64,000 bases of DNA from Octopus sinensis (taxonomy: Eukaryota): the NCBI RefSeq assembly GCF_006345805.1, contig NC_042997.1, positions 156,550,001-156,614,000 of the forward strand. Reading direction: 5' to 3'. A program made the translations under genes and the position numbers. The notes under the pieces are model-generated. The model searched no databases and was not told where the DNA came from. It saw nothing but the letters and a program-made list of their open reading frames with translations. Below are positions 63,892-64,000 of this stretch, one piece after another; position 1 is the stretch's first letter, and every line of letters starts with the position of its first letter.

Positions 63892-64000
63892 CATTGATGC
63901 TCCAAGCAGCGTGTTTTAACTAGCGTAATATACATATGTACGATAGTGTATATTCCATACTTTCTTAAACGATGAACGTTGTCGTGTTAAAGCTGTCGCT

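Overview
AT-rich, repeat-dense eukaryotic DNA; the SINE, RTE and MITE content points to an octopus/coleoid cephalopod genome (inferred from repeat families, not verified). The only intact protein-coding gene I can support is RPS5 (40S ribosomal protein S5, minus strand, 4 coding exons, 26005-29149, 204 aa), with a probable non-coding 5'TOP exon at 31550-31576. The rest is intergenic or intronic and filled with tRNA-derived SINEs, RTE/CR1/CRE/Penelope/Gypsy fragments, hAT, rosa-type mariner, Merlin and piggyBac-type DNA elements, foldback repeats and microsatellites. Most interesting: (1) a set of hammerhead-ribozyme motifs not evident from the ORF track, including one fully intact type I hammerhead (58877-58925, minus) inside a 0.6-kb non-coding element with crossed inverted repeats, a cluster of related motifs at 58.3-62.6 kb, and a Penelope-linked family with stem I covariation; (2) a 2.03-kb TSD-flanked retroelement (19682-21714) encoding only a Tx1/L1-type ORF1 (HAL1-like), inserted in a SINE head and carrying a 10-nt 3'UTR segment complementary to its own target site; (3) a hotspot of CpG-rich foldback/MITE/Merlin/CRE insertions just upstream of the RPS5 promoter. 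All alignments, folds and coordinates were done by eye; repeat boundaries are approximate unless TSDs are given.
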